Below, piece by piece: positions 8,986 to 19,451 of a DNA stretch of 64,000 nt. Source of the stretch: Lingula anatina. Taxonomy: Eukaryota > Animalia > Brachiopoda. The notes under the pieces are model-generated. The model searched no databases and was not told the origin of the DNA. It saw only the letters and a list, made by a program, of their open reading frames with translations. Every line of letters starts with the position of its first letter. Position 1 is the stretch's first letter. Made by a program: the position numbers and the translations under genes. The stretch is from assembly GCA_051362555.1 (NCBI GenBank), contig CM120645.1, positions 21,948,001 through 22,012,000 of the forward strand. The letters run 5' to 3'.

Positions 8986-11900
8986 TTTCAGGTGATATCC
9001 ACCCAAATCCAGGCCCACATAAACGTCTGCAAAATCGGGTTGAGGAAGTCAAATTTTTGTTTTCAAACATCAGAAGCATCAGTGCGGAAAATGGTGCAAG
9101 ATTTGAGGCCTTAATGATCCGAGCCAAACTCCTAAAAGCGTCAATCATCGGCTTATGTGAGGTGGGAAAGTTATCTTCTTATCAGTTAAACACTGTCTAC
9201 AACATCGAGGGTCACCATTCTCCCATCTACTACAACATTGGCCAAGGCTTATTAATCTATGTCAGCTCGAAAATAGTTTACAAAGAATGTCCTGAGTTAA
9301 AGAGTGACGATCTCAACTGCATTTGGATTGAATTTCAGTTACAGTTTAAGCGGTTTTTATATGGCATCTTCTATAGGTCGCCTAGTCAAACATCAACCGA
9401 AAGAGACAAGTTTGTGAACTTATGTAAAATGAGTCTCGAAAAAGCATGCCAACTAAATTCAAACGGTATTTTTATTAATGGAGACTTTAATGCTCACTCT
9501 CTTAGTTGGTTCAGAAAAGGTAAGGAAGACCTCACGGGTAAGCTTTTGAGCAGTTTGTTTCTAGAAAAAGGCTTCGATCAACTGATCCACGAGCCTACCA
9601 GGATACAAGGAAAATCCGCTTCTTGTATCGATTTGACTCTGACAAACAGACCCGACTTAATTAACAGTGCCTTCGTTGACCCGCCCATTGGCCAAACGGA
9701 TCATAGTACCCTCGTTACTGAACTTTGTATTACTCAACCCAAACACGATCCTGTATATAGAACAATATGGAAGTACGATCAGGCTAATTTGGTGGCTTTA
9801 GACAAAGACATAAGCGAATATGACTGGGAAACTTTATTTTTAAAAAATAATTATGATATGAACGAAAAAACTGAAGTTTTTACTGATTCTTTACTCTCTT
9901 TTTACAAACGCCATATACCCCATAAAAGGAGGCTGATCAGGTCAAATGACAAGCCATGGTTTAATGACCAAATCAAGCATGAGTTAAATAAGAAAAAGAA
10001 ACTATATAAAAAAATGAGGATTAAACCTTCAGAAAGGAATGAAAATAATTACAAAAATCAGGCGATAAAAGTTAAAGAATTAATAATTAAAACAAAAGAA
10101 TCATTCCTTAATTCTAAAATAGAGAGCCTCGACAATAAAGGTGATGATAGTAAATCATACTGGACCGTAATGAAAAATATTCTTGGGAAACAGCGATCGT
10201 CTTCTATTCCTATTCTCAATAACCCGAGAAATGGATCTGTCGCTTCTACTGATCAAGAAAAGGCTGATGAATTTCTGTCCTATTTCTCATCAATGTACCA
10301 CTCGGACTCTGTAGCAAATGTTGGCGAAATTCTCTTTCCTGTAAGAACTGATGCTTCCCTATCTCAGATACAATCCACTATTAGTGAAATTAAATCGATA
10401 ATTGATGATTTAGACCCATCTAAAGCTAACGGCCCTGACCTGATTACCGTCAAGATGATAAAACTTACCAAAAACTCCGTGGTGAAGCCCCTAAATATTC
10501 TGTTCAACGCAATTATACAGTCTAATACCTTCCCCAACATCTGGAAAATTGCCGAAATTTGCCCAATCTTTAAAAAAGATGATAAAAAATCTATTTTAAA
10601 CTATAGACCAATTTCGTTACTTAGTATTATATCTAAGATTTTAGAGCGAATAATATATAATAGAGTGACTAACTTTATTCTGAGCAACAAACTCCTATAC
10701 CCTAAACAATCCGGCTTTTTGAAGGGTCATAGCACAGAGCACCAGCTCTTGGCGATTCATAATTTAATTACGAGTAATTCTATTAATGGTTATGACACCA
10801 GAGGAGTCTTTCTCGATATAGAGGCTGCATTCGACAGAGTTCCCCATTCACTCCTTCTCCTTAAACTCAAGTCTTACGGTCTAACCGGCAAACTTCATGC
10901 ACTATTGTCCTCGTACTTGACTAATAGAAGAGTTAAAGTACGTGTTGGTGGGAAATCGTCTAATTTATCTAAGGGAGGTTACATAAAAACAAGTGTACCC
11001 CAAGGTAGCATACTTGGCCCGTTACTTTTTCTCATATACATAAATGACCTCCCTGACGGACTCTCTACTGATTGTTTCATCTATGCGGATGATACTTCCC
11101 TCTTTATGCCCTCGCGTCGGGGAGATGTTGATTCACATGCTATATTACAAGGTGACCTACGTACCATTGAAAATTGGTCCAATAAATGGAAACTCAATTT
11201 TAAACCGGCAAAGTGCCGCGAAATTATATTCGGCAAAGAAAATGATAATAGTGCATACCCTGAATTGTATATAAACAATACCATGATACCTAGGACAAAG
11301 AGCCACAAACACCTGGGACTAGTACTTGATTCAAAACTAAATTTTAATGATCATACTGATCATGTTTGCGAAAAGGTTCAACGGGCCGTAAATGCACTAA
11401 AACCTCTATACTGCAAAGTTAGGTCCAAACATTTAAATGTTATATATAATGCCTTTATCCAATCACAATTTGATTACTGTGACATCTTCTATCATAACTC
11501 ACTCCAGAAGAAATTATCGAAACTATCGTCTCTTCAATACCAAGCCGGCAAAATAGTACTGGGAGCCTTACCTAGCTCTTGTACCTCCAAAATATTTGAA
11601 CAACTAAATTGGATTTCTCTATTTGATAGAAGAAAAATGCATGCTCAAAAAATTATGTTTTCAGTCATGGCGAATTTGGTCCCCTCCTATGTTTCTGATA
11701 TATTCCGCCCATTCAGAAACCCTTTTCCAATCATAACCCGAGAAAATAACAAAAGAGACTTTAAACTTCCTCCTAAATACCCCCGTACCTCAGTTAACTA
11801 TTTTCTGATGTCTTCATGGGATCAACTCTCCTCCTCCACTAAATCTTTACCTTCAATCTCATCTTTCAAGAACTCGATAAAAAAACACCTCACTGCTGGG

Positions 11901-12272
11901 TCGCTTTCAACAACAACACTAAACTTGAACAGAAACCATGAAAAAATTCTTAACAGAGCGAGGGTCGGTTGTTTATTTAGAGCAGAATTGTTTAGGCATA
12001 ACTGGACTACTATTGATACACCACACTGCACCTGTGGTGCCCTTGAAACCCCTCTTCACTTTTTCTTCAGATGCCCTCTACTCAATTCAAAGTACCCTCC
12101 CCTTTACCAAAAAATAAATGAAACTCTACATGCAAGCAAGACCTCTTTCAAAACACAAAAAGAAAAGCTGTCGTTATTTCTCTACGGTCATAAATCCTTA
12201 TCACCCACCCAAAATGAAATTATCTTCGACACTGTTGCAAATTTTCTTCTCGTAAACTTTGTTATCACTTAA
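8976..12272 (+). CDS. LINE A ORF2p: 2A-like N-terminus, APE endonuclease, reverse transcriptase, C-terminal Cys/His motif
   Basis: LLISGDIHPNPGP, NIRS, GDFN, TDH, YRPISLL, VPQGSILGP, YADD, CTCG...HFFFRC. Uninterrupted 1098 aa, with no ATG at the ORF start. Confidence 0.95.
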   Translation: MLLISGDIHPNPGPHKRLQNRVEEVKFLFSNIRSISAENGARFEALMIRAKLLKASIIGLCEVGKLSSYQLNTVYNIEGHHSPIYYNIGQGLLIYVSSKIVYKECPELKSDDLNCIWIEFQLQFKRFLYGIFYRSPSQTSTERDKFVNLCKMSLEKACQLNSNGIFINGDFNAHSLSWFRKGKEDLTGKLLSSLFLEKGFDQLIHEPTRIQGKSASCIDLTLTNRPDLINSAFVDPPIGQTDHSTLVTELCITQPKHDPVYRTIWKYDQANLVALDKDISEYDWETLFLKNNYDMNEKTEVFTDSLLSFYKRHIPHKRRLIRSNDKPWFNDQIKHELNKKKKLYKKMRIKPSERNENNYKNQAIKVKELIIKTKESFLNSKIESLDNKGDDSKSYWTVMKNILGKQRSSSIPILNNPRNGSVASTDQEKADEFLSYFSSMYHSDSVANVGEILFPVRTDASLSQIQSTISEIKSIIDDLDPSKANGPDLITVKMIKLTKNSVVKPLNILFNAIIQSNTFPNIWKIAEICPIFKKDDKKSILNYRPISLLSIISKILERIIYNRVTNFILSNKLLYPKQSGFLKGHSTEHQLLAIHNLITSNSINGYDTRGVFLDIEAAFDRVPHSLLLLKLKSYGLTGKLHALLSSYLTNRRVKVRVGGKSSNLSKGGYIKTSVPQGSILGPLLFLIYINDLPDGLSTDCFIYADDTSLFMPSRRGDVDSHAILQGDLRTIENWSNKWKLNFKPAKCREIIFGKENDNSAYPELYINNTMIPRTKSHKHLGLVLDSKLNFNDHTDHVCEKVQRAVNALKPLYCKVRSKHLNVIYNAFIQSQFDYCDIFYHNSLQKKLSKLSSLQYQAGKIVLGALPSSCTSKIFEQLNWISLFDRRKMHAQKIMFSVMANLVPSYVSDIFRPFRNPFPIITRENNKRDFKLPPKYPRTSVNYFLMSSWDQLSSSTKSLPSISSFKNSIKKHLTAGSLSTTTLNLNRNHEKILNRARVGCLFRAELFRHNWTTIDTPHCTCGALETPLHFFFRCPLLNSKYPPLYQKINETLHASKTSFKTQKEKLSLFLYGHKSLSPTQNEIIFDTVANFLLVNFVIT

Positions 12273-14040
12273 TAGGTATTATCTCTTTTCCTCTTCTTTC
12301 TTTCTGTACTTAACTTGTGCTCCTGATATATATGAAGTTTTACATTTACTCTGTTGTATATATGTATATACTTATCCATTTGTTTTATTTATTTATTTAC
12401 TTATTTAATTTAATTTTGTGGAGAGCATATAATGCTTCCAGCGCCTTGCCTCCACTTCATTCTTTTGAATAAACGTTGTTTAAAAAAAAATGTTCTGACG
12501 TATTTTTAGCTTTAATGTTATGGTTTAGAGCTACCATGTTCACCTCAGGTACCGGTAGCATGTTTACCTGAAATACTGCATTTAGCCAGACCGCACCAAT
12601 TCCAAGCATCCCACTGCAGTATAAAGTATCAAACTATGTGATATATTATGTATATGTTACTATGAAAGCTGTATCTATAAATAAATATTAGTGTAAGCTT
12701 TTCATATGTGACTTTAAATGAAATCTATCTGAATTAACAGCACATGGCCCGTGGGTATATAAAGTCCACATCCGCCACTTAACAATAATAGCACTAACAT
12801 CAATAAAGACACATCCTATTTCTCACAGCCATTCAAGAAGCACAGAAGAAAGGCTAAATCCTAAATCCAGATCCTTCCAGAATACAGAATACGTGTAAAG
12901 AAATAATTTTACAGGAAAGAGTAAAGCACCATATTTAACCGGACTGTGGACTCATGGTGATTGATTGTATACTGTATATTATTACCACAGCAAACAAGCA
13001 CAAAACCGTGGTAATATAACTTTCATACGACTTCATCCCCAGAAATGCACTGCATGACGTCACGCTTAGCACACTGCGCATGCGTGCACTTTTAATGAGT
13101 TGCTAGATTGCCATAGGAAAATGAATGGGTTCACGATTTGTGGGTAATTCGTGAGAATTGACAAACTAACGGCCTGATGCCGATAGACAGCAAGGCTGTT
13201 CTATGCTTCAAGCAACTCCTGACCAAATATCGCTAGGGTTTTTAAAAAAATTCTGTTGTACACACGCACTAAGAAGTTTGCCGTGTATTGCCTAGCATAC
13301 CCTCAGCAAAACGCACATATTTTCAGAAATAGTGATTTTAGACGGTAGATTCACTCAGAAACAAAGGCAAACTAATTCGTTGCCGATAGCTCCAGCAGAT
13401 AGCAGCACCATAAAGAGTCTGATTAAAAACTTTCATGGCAATTGAAGAACTTTTACCACTGTACAAATGAGTCCAAAAAAGTACTTGGTACAAATGTGAA
13501 ACTGCCCAGTGCAAGGCCAAGAATTCAATCAGTATTTTCAATCATATTATCAGATTCTACATAAATTGACTGACAATATCACTACTCAGTATTTAACTAA
13601 TCTCTTTTAATTAAAATTCAAAATTCCTATTATCATTTAATAATAATGCAAAATTCTTCTTTCAGATTGCTATTTATTTTAAATTTTAATGCTGCAACTG
13701 TTCCAAAATAATCTTGTAGTAAAGGAAAAATGCAAATAAGAAGTGGAAGACCAATTTTACCCACATTATTCAATTATTTGAATATAAGAAGAATAAGATC
13801 ACGATTTAACAAATTAAAATAATCTCTCATGAACTCTTTCATGAATAACATATTGTCAGCGACAGTTACTCAACTTCCCTACTTAATGAACTCTGCCAAT
13901 AGTGAACGCATTCAACACCGTAACTGAGCAGTTTTTGCGTCCAGCTGCTATATAAGCTGGACGTTTTCTACAGCGGTATGCAGTGCGGCATCGACACACT
14001 CCGACGACCACAGCTTGTAGCAACGACAGGCAGCTCAACA

Positions 14041-14830
14041 GCAGCGGTTCTCTCCAGCGCCTCGCACCGGCCTACAACTCCGCGGTCACCCCGGCGGCTC
14101 GACAGCAGCGGTTCTCTCCAGCGCCTCGCACCGGCCTACGACTCCGCGGTCACCCCGGCGGCTCGATAGCAGCGGTTCTCTCCAACGCCTCGCACCGGCC
14201 TACGACTCCGCGGTCACCCCGGCGGCTCGACAGCAGCGGTTCTCTATAGCGCCTCGCACCGGCCTACGACTCCGCGGTCACCCCGGCGGCTCGACAGCAG
14301 CGGTTCTCTCCAGCGCCTCGCACCGGCCTACGACTCCGCGGTCACCCCGGCGGCTCGATAGCAGCGGTTCTCTCCAACGCCTCGCACCGGCCTACGACTC
14401 CGCGGTCACCCCGGCGGCTCGACAGCAGCGGTTCTCTATAGCGCCTCGCACCGGCCTACGACTCCGCGGTCACCCCGGCGGCTCGACAGCAGCGGTTCTC
14501 TATAGCGCCTCGCACCGGCCTACGACTCCGCGGTCACCCCGGCGGCTCGACAGCAGCGGTTCTCTCCAGCACCTCGCACCGGCCTGCGACTCCGCGGTCA
14601 CCCCGGCGGCTCGACAGCAGCGGTTCTCTCCAGCACCTCGCACCGGCCCACGACTCCGCAGTCACCCCGGCGGCTCGACAGCGGTCTACTCCTGCGCCAC
14701 TCATCTGCCCAAGACCCGACGGTCACCCCGGCGGCTCGATATCGGTCTACTCGACTCCTGCGCCACTCATCTGCCCACGACCCAGCAGTCATCCCGGCGG
14801 CTTACGACAGTGGTATCTCTCGATAGCAGT
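14041..14830. repeat. GC-rich 64-bp minisatellite, 10 near-perfect units plus 2-3 degenerate ones
   Basis: Unit GCAGCGGTTCTCTCCAGCGCCTCGCACCGGCCTACGACTCCGCGGTCACCCCGGCGGCTCGACA starts at 14041, 14105, 14169 ... 14617. Confidence 0.95.
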
Positions 14831-15475
14831 CCAACCGACAGCGATCCATTTCGATTTGGTTTAATTTTATTTTCATTCAATTTTTGTAACCATTTATTCG
14901 CTATTAAATTATTTATTTATTTATTTTCTTCGTTCTTGTTGCTTCTATCACCGTCTCGTCCGCAACACATATTAAACAAAATTAAAGTTATAAATTAGTG
15001 GTAATGGCCTATTCTGGAATATATGAGCTCTGCACATCATCAGTACCTGACTTGGTACAGTATACTTACTACTTGGATACAGAGTTAGATTTAATAATGT
15101 AACAATAAGCACAGCACAAAAACAAATCTTTCCGATTTTTCAGCCTCCGCGGAATGACGTCGGAACAGTGCAAGCTGGCCTTTACAACGCGCGACTGAAT
15201 GACGTTTTTCCGCGCAGGAGTACCCCTTTCTCTTTTACACGGCCTTTCAACAGGCGTAATCTCGTTCGTCTTTCTTCGCGACTGAACAACGTTTTTCCGC
15301 AGGGGTCCTGCCTTGGTATTATGTGACGGTCGATCGTTATTATAATAATAATAATAATTTATTGAGCACATGAAATGAGTGTACATTTATAGGCTCTCTA
15401 CACTACTAATTATAATATACTTAAGTTTAAATACATGTATATAGTAATAATAAAGTTAAAGTATAATACCAGGTG

Positions 15476-18400
15476 TTATCTCAATTTGGATAGCTTCCGT
15501 TTTCTCATAGCACTGTTTATAAACTTTACAAGTGCGGACACACCTCTCTCATTTGACACATTTAATAGGGCGGATAGTGTATCGTCTGCTAGACCCTGCA
15601 CATTTACCTCTGGTAAGGCAGCAAATAATGTTTCTCTGTCTAGATTATAAGTAGTACACTCAAGAAAAAAGTGAGCTTCATCTTCCACTGCATTACAGTG
15701 AGGACACTTTCTGTCCTCAATTTTTGTTTTGGGGTGGGTATATCTGCCTCTTTCAATCTCTAACTCGTGGTCACTGACCCTCATTTTGGCTAGAATTTTT
15801 TTATGTGTAAAAGGGACTTTTAATTCCAAATATGGCTCAGCTTCATAGGATTTCTTAATTTTGCTGTAGGTGCGGAGTTTGTTGTTGGTATTTCTATGGA
15901 TTTCTTCCCAAAATTTTCGTTTTATTTCATTGGTTATTTCTATTTCAAGATCTGGGTAGTTGTGGATTTCGCAATTATGTCTGTTTGTATTAAGTTCCCA
16001 ACATAATTTAATATTTGACATTGTCTGATACCAGTTACTTCCATTTTCTATTTTTTCCCTGTTATATGCTTGTTTAACAATTCTGTTATCTGGGAGTTCT
16101 TGGAGTCTAGCACTGTATTTTGAGACTAATTTTACTATGTCCAAATATATTGGGAAGCGACCCATTTCTGCTCGGCAGGCATTATTGCTGGCAGATTTCC
16201 TTACACCTAATGCCCACTTACAAAATTTCAAGTGTACTTGCTCGAAAGGCGTTTTATTTAGTTTTTCCAAAGTCATCTTTTTTTGTGATAATATTTCTTG
16301 TCCCCAGACTTCGCACCCATAAAGTAGTATGGGCTTTATCATTTTGTCAAAGAGTGACATTGTAAGGAGTGGAGAGGAGATTTCATTTGATGCTAGTGCT
16401 CCTTTTAAGGCAAAGATTGCTTTGAGGGCTTTTTGTTTTAGATTTTCCAAAGTTTTCTTTAGTGATCCCGTGTTAGTAAATATTACCCCTAAGTATTGAT
16501 ATTGTTTTACTATTTCAATTGGTCTATCATTTATGACAAAATTAAGTGATTCAGTTCTACCAGATTTATGAAAAACTATAACTTTTGATTTCTCTTCGTT
16601 TACACGTAATTTCCATCTCTCACAATACCTCTCAAGTTTATTCAACAGTGTTTGCAAGCCATCTTTTGTTTTGGAAATCAAAACCAAGTCATCTGCATAC
16701 AGTATATGACTTATTTCCTCAACTTTGGAGGTGTCATTAACACTGTAGAGTTCCGCTTTTATGTCATCAATAAAGATGTTAAACAATATGGGACTAAGGT
16801 TGTCCCCTTGTCTTATGCCAATTTTAGATAAAAAAGGTTGAGTATATCCTTTGTCTACTGATACACCTAATCTTGTGTTTTCATACATGTATTTAATAAT
16901 GTTGTATACTCTGCCTCGAATTCCGGTTTTGAGAAGTTTCAGGAAAAGTCCTTTATGCCATACTGTGTCGAAAGCTTTGCGTAGATCAATGAAACAAGCA
17001 TATAAGCGTTTATTTTGATTCATGTACTTGTTTATCAGTGATTTTAGTGTGAAAATATGATCGGCTGTCCGATATCCAGGTCTAAAACCTGCTTGTTCTT
17101 CACTCAATTTCCGATTAACTTCTAGGTAGATGGACAGTCTGTCCGTTATTATGGAATTAAAGAGCTTACCAAGGCAGCTGGTTATGCACAGGCCTCTATA
17201 ATTTGATGGGTCTGTGCGCTCTCCGGATTTGTATAGTGGCAGTATTATGCCCAAGTTCCAAGCATCTGGTGTTTCCGCTGTGTTTAGTGCCAAATTAAAA
17301 ACCTTTGTTAGTAGACCCACTAAGTATTTTGATCCAGATTTTAACATTTCATTTCTTATTAAGTCTTGGCCAGCAGTTTTACCGTTTTTCAGTTTTTTAA
17401 TAGCTTTTTTCACTTCACCGATTGTTACTGGACCGTTGAGTGTAGAGTCTCCTTCTTGGTTTTCATAGGTTTTAATTTCATCATCTAATCTTTTATCTTC
17501 AACAGGGGGGATGCCACAGAGTTTTTGAAAATGTTGTTGCCAAATATCAGGGTTCACAGGATTGCTCTTATCATCTTTATCCTTTAGGTTTTTAAGGGTT
17601 TTCCAGAATTCTTTTGGATTGTTTCGTTCAGAATTGATCAGCTTTTTAAGTAATGAGTCTTTATATTCTCTTTTCTTTTGTTTTAAAAGCTGTTTATATT
17701 TTTTGGTTGCCGCATGATATGTTTGAGAGATGAAGTTATTGTGGGGATTCTTTTGTAAAAGTCTTCCGAGATTTTTGATATTTCTTCTAATTTCAGAGCA
17801 TGAGCTGTCAAACCATGGCTGTTGTTTAATTTGTTTTATTTTCTTTTTTGTTTTATTACTTTTTGGTATATTTCTTTTTCGTAAGGACATAGTTGCAGCT
17901 TTTTCAATAATGTTTGTTAGTTCATCACAGGCAGTATTTATTCCGTGTTTTGAGGCTGGGTAGTTTGTATTTTGTGCATGACTTATTGCGCTCAGGATTT
18001 CTTCAGTTTCAAGGGCTTGTACAAATTTCTCAGTGGAGCCAGTTTCCCAAAAGTAGCTATCTTTAAAATTTTGAATAGGCAGTGATGTTTCTATTTCTTG
18101 AGTAGGCCTACCAGAGGTATAGATTGCAAGGACTAGCAGGCAATGGTCAGATAAATAATCAATAGGTAAAACTGTTAAATACATGATTTTGCTCAGCAGT
18201 CTATCACTTACAATTGCATAATCAACAGCACTGCACCCTTGCCTATTGTAACATGTATGATACCCAAGTGAATTTCCTTTGACTCTACCATTCAATATTC
18301 TTAAGTTGCTATTCATACATAGTTCAAGCAAGGCTTTTCCTTGGCGGTTGACTACTGTATCTACATTGTTTCTTTTTTGTAAAAAACTATTTGTGGTGTA

Positions 18401-18922
18401 ACTATCAGCCACTGGTATACCAAATGTATTATCATTTTTAATGAAGTCTGGCAATGATCCAGTTCTAGCACTGAAGTCACCAACTAAGCAAATTAACCCA
18501 TAGTTCTGGTAACTAGCGATTTCTTCTTCCAAAATTTCTAATGTTGCTTCGTCAGATGGACCGTTGTTGGGTTTTACGTATACTGCACATAAGTAAACAT
18601 CTTGTTCTAGGCCTAGTTGTCTGCTTGATAGTTGGATCCACATGAGATTTTCACTTTTGCTACTGAGTATTTTAATACCATTTTTAAGTTCTTTTTTGTA
18701 ATAAATTACTATTCCGCCTGAGGGTCTGCCTTTCGCTTTCTTTTTTGTTCTTAACTTTTCTATATGACTGTGGGTACCAGTGGGAAGGGCAATTTTTGAT
18801 CTTACCGTACTGAATGTTTCTACACAAACAAAAATGTCAAAATTCTGGACTGTTGAGACAAAGTTATCATCAGCTAATTTCTTAGCTAGCCCTCTTATAT
18901 TTCGCATGCCAATGCGCAACAT
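15476..18922 (-). CDS. LINE B ORF2p (APE endonuclease, reverse transcriptase, C-terminal zinc-finger-like motif)
   Basis: NIRGL, GRPSGGI, GDFSAR, SDH, NYRG, EQAGFR, GIRQGDNLSP, YADD, CPHC...EDEAHFFLEC. Confidence 0.97.
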   Translation of the reverse strand: MLRIGMRNIRGLAKKLADDNFVSTVQNFDIFVCVETFSTVRSKIALPTGTHSHIEKLRTKKKAKGRPSGGIVIYYKKELKNGIKILSSKSENLMWIQLSSRQLGLEQDVYLCAVYVKPNNGPSDEATLEILEEEIASYQNYGLICLVGDFSARTGSLPDFIKNDNTFGIPVADSYTTNSFLQKRNNVDTVVNRQGKALLELCMNSNLRILNGRVKGNSLGYHTCYNRQGCSAVDYAIVSDRLLSKIMYLTVLPIDYLSDHCLLVLAIYTSGRPTQEIETSLPIQNFKDSYFWETGSTEKFVQALETEEILSAISHAQNTNYPASKHGINTACDELTNIIEKAATMSLRKRNIPKSNKTKKKIKQIKQQPWFDSSCSEIRRNIKNLGRLLQKNPHNNFISQTYHAATKKYKQLLKQKKREYKDSLLKKLINSERNNPKEFWKTLKNLKDKDDKSNPVNPDIWQQHFQKLCGIPPVEDKRLDDEIKTYENQEGDSTLNGPVTIGEVKKAIKKLKNGKTAGQDLIRNEMLKSGSKYLVGLLTKVFNLALNTAETPDAWNLGIILPLYKSGERTDPSNYRGLCITSCLGKLFNSIITDRLSIYLEVNRKLSEEQAGFRPGYRTADHIFTLKSLINKYMNQNKRLYACFIDLRKAFDTVWHKGLFLKLLKTGIRGRVYNIIKYMYENTRLGVSVDKGYTQPFLSKIGIRQGDNLSPILFNIFIDDIKAELYSVNDTSKVEEISHILYADDLVLISKTKDGLQTLLNKLERYCERWKLRVNEEKSKVIVFHKSGRTESLNFVINDRPIEIVKQYQYLGVIFTNTGSLKKTLENLKQKALKAIFALKGALASNEISSPLLTMSLFDKMIKPILLYGCEVWGQEILSQKKMTLEKLNKTPFEQVHLKFCKWALGVRKSASNNACRAEMGRFPIYLDIVKLVSKYSARLQELPDNRIVKQAYNREKIENGSNWYQTMSNIKLCWELNTNRHNCEIHNYPDLEIEITNEIKRKFWEEIHRNTNNKLRTYSKIKKSYEAEPYLELKVPFTHKKILAKMRVSDHELEIERGRYTHPKTKIEDRKCPHCNAVEDEAHFFLECTTYNLDRETLFAALPEVNVQGLADDTLSALLNVSNERGVSALVKFINSAMRKRKLSKLR

Positions 18923-19451
18923 TTTTAATTGGTTGGTATAACCTGCCTGAATATAGTTTGTATCTGTACAAAATGTTTGATATCAGAATGACTGGTATCA
19001 CCTCAAATACTGGCACTTTATGCCTTGCCAAGAATTCTAGGTTACCTATAAGCAAAGGTTATTTTCGTTCTGCATATATGTTATTTAAAGTTCCAAAAAG
19101 GCTAGGGAATATATTTAAATTTATATACATTTTGGTCAGTAAGACAGTTCTATTTATATGAGGAAACATCTTATTAACATGACTAATAGCTGCATGATGT
19201 AAGTTTTTTTAGGATGGGGGAGGGAAGTGTATCTACTTACTTGTTTTTGAACACTCGTTCCCATCTCAGTAACATGATAAGAAGATACATATACTTACAT
19301 AATTTCTTTGCAGTTTCACTGTACTTTCTTGCGATATATAAGTATGTAAAAAAAAAAAAAAAAAAGTTCATATTTATATGTATGTGTTCTTAAGAGTTCA
19401 ACTTTTGGCAAAGTCCATTATTAGTTCAATTTTGGCATAACCCTTTTGTTG

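Larger units (their letters stand above)
6794..12490 (+). mobile_element. Full-length CR1-group non-LTR retrotransposon (LINE A)
   Basis: ORF1 plus APE-RT ORF2, AATAAA and an A-tail at 12482-12490, TSD ATGTTCTGACG at 6783-6793 and 12490-12500. Confidence 0.92.

Noticed and set aside
13978-14792. ORFs across the 64-bp array
   Set aside because: The period is not a multiple of 3; the ORFs are by-products of a GC-rich repeat.
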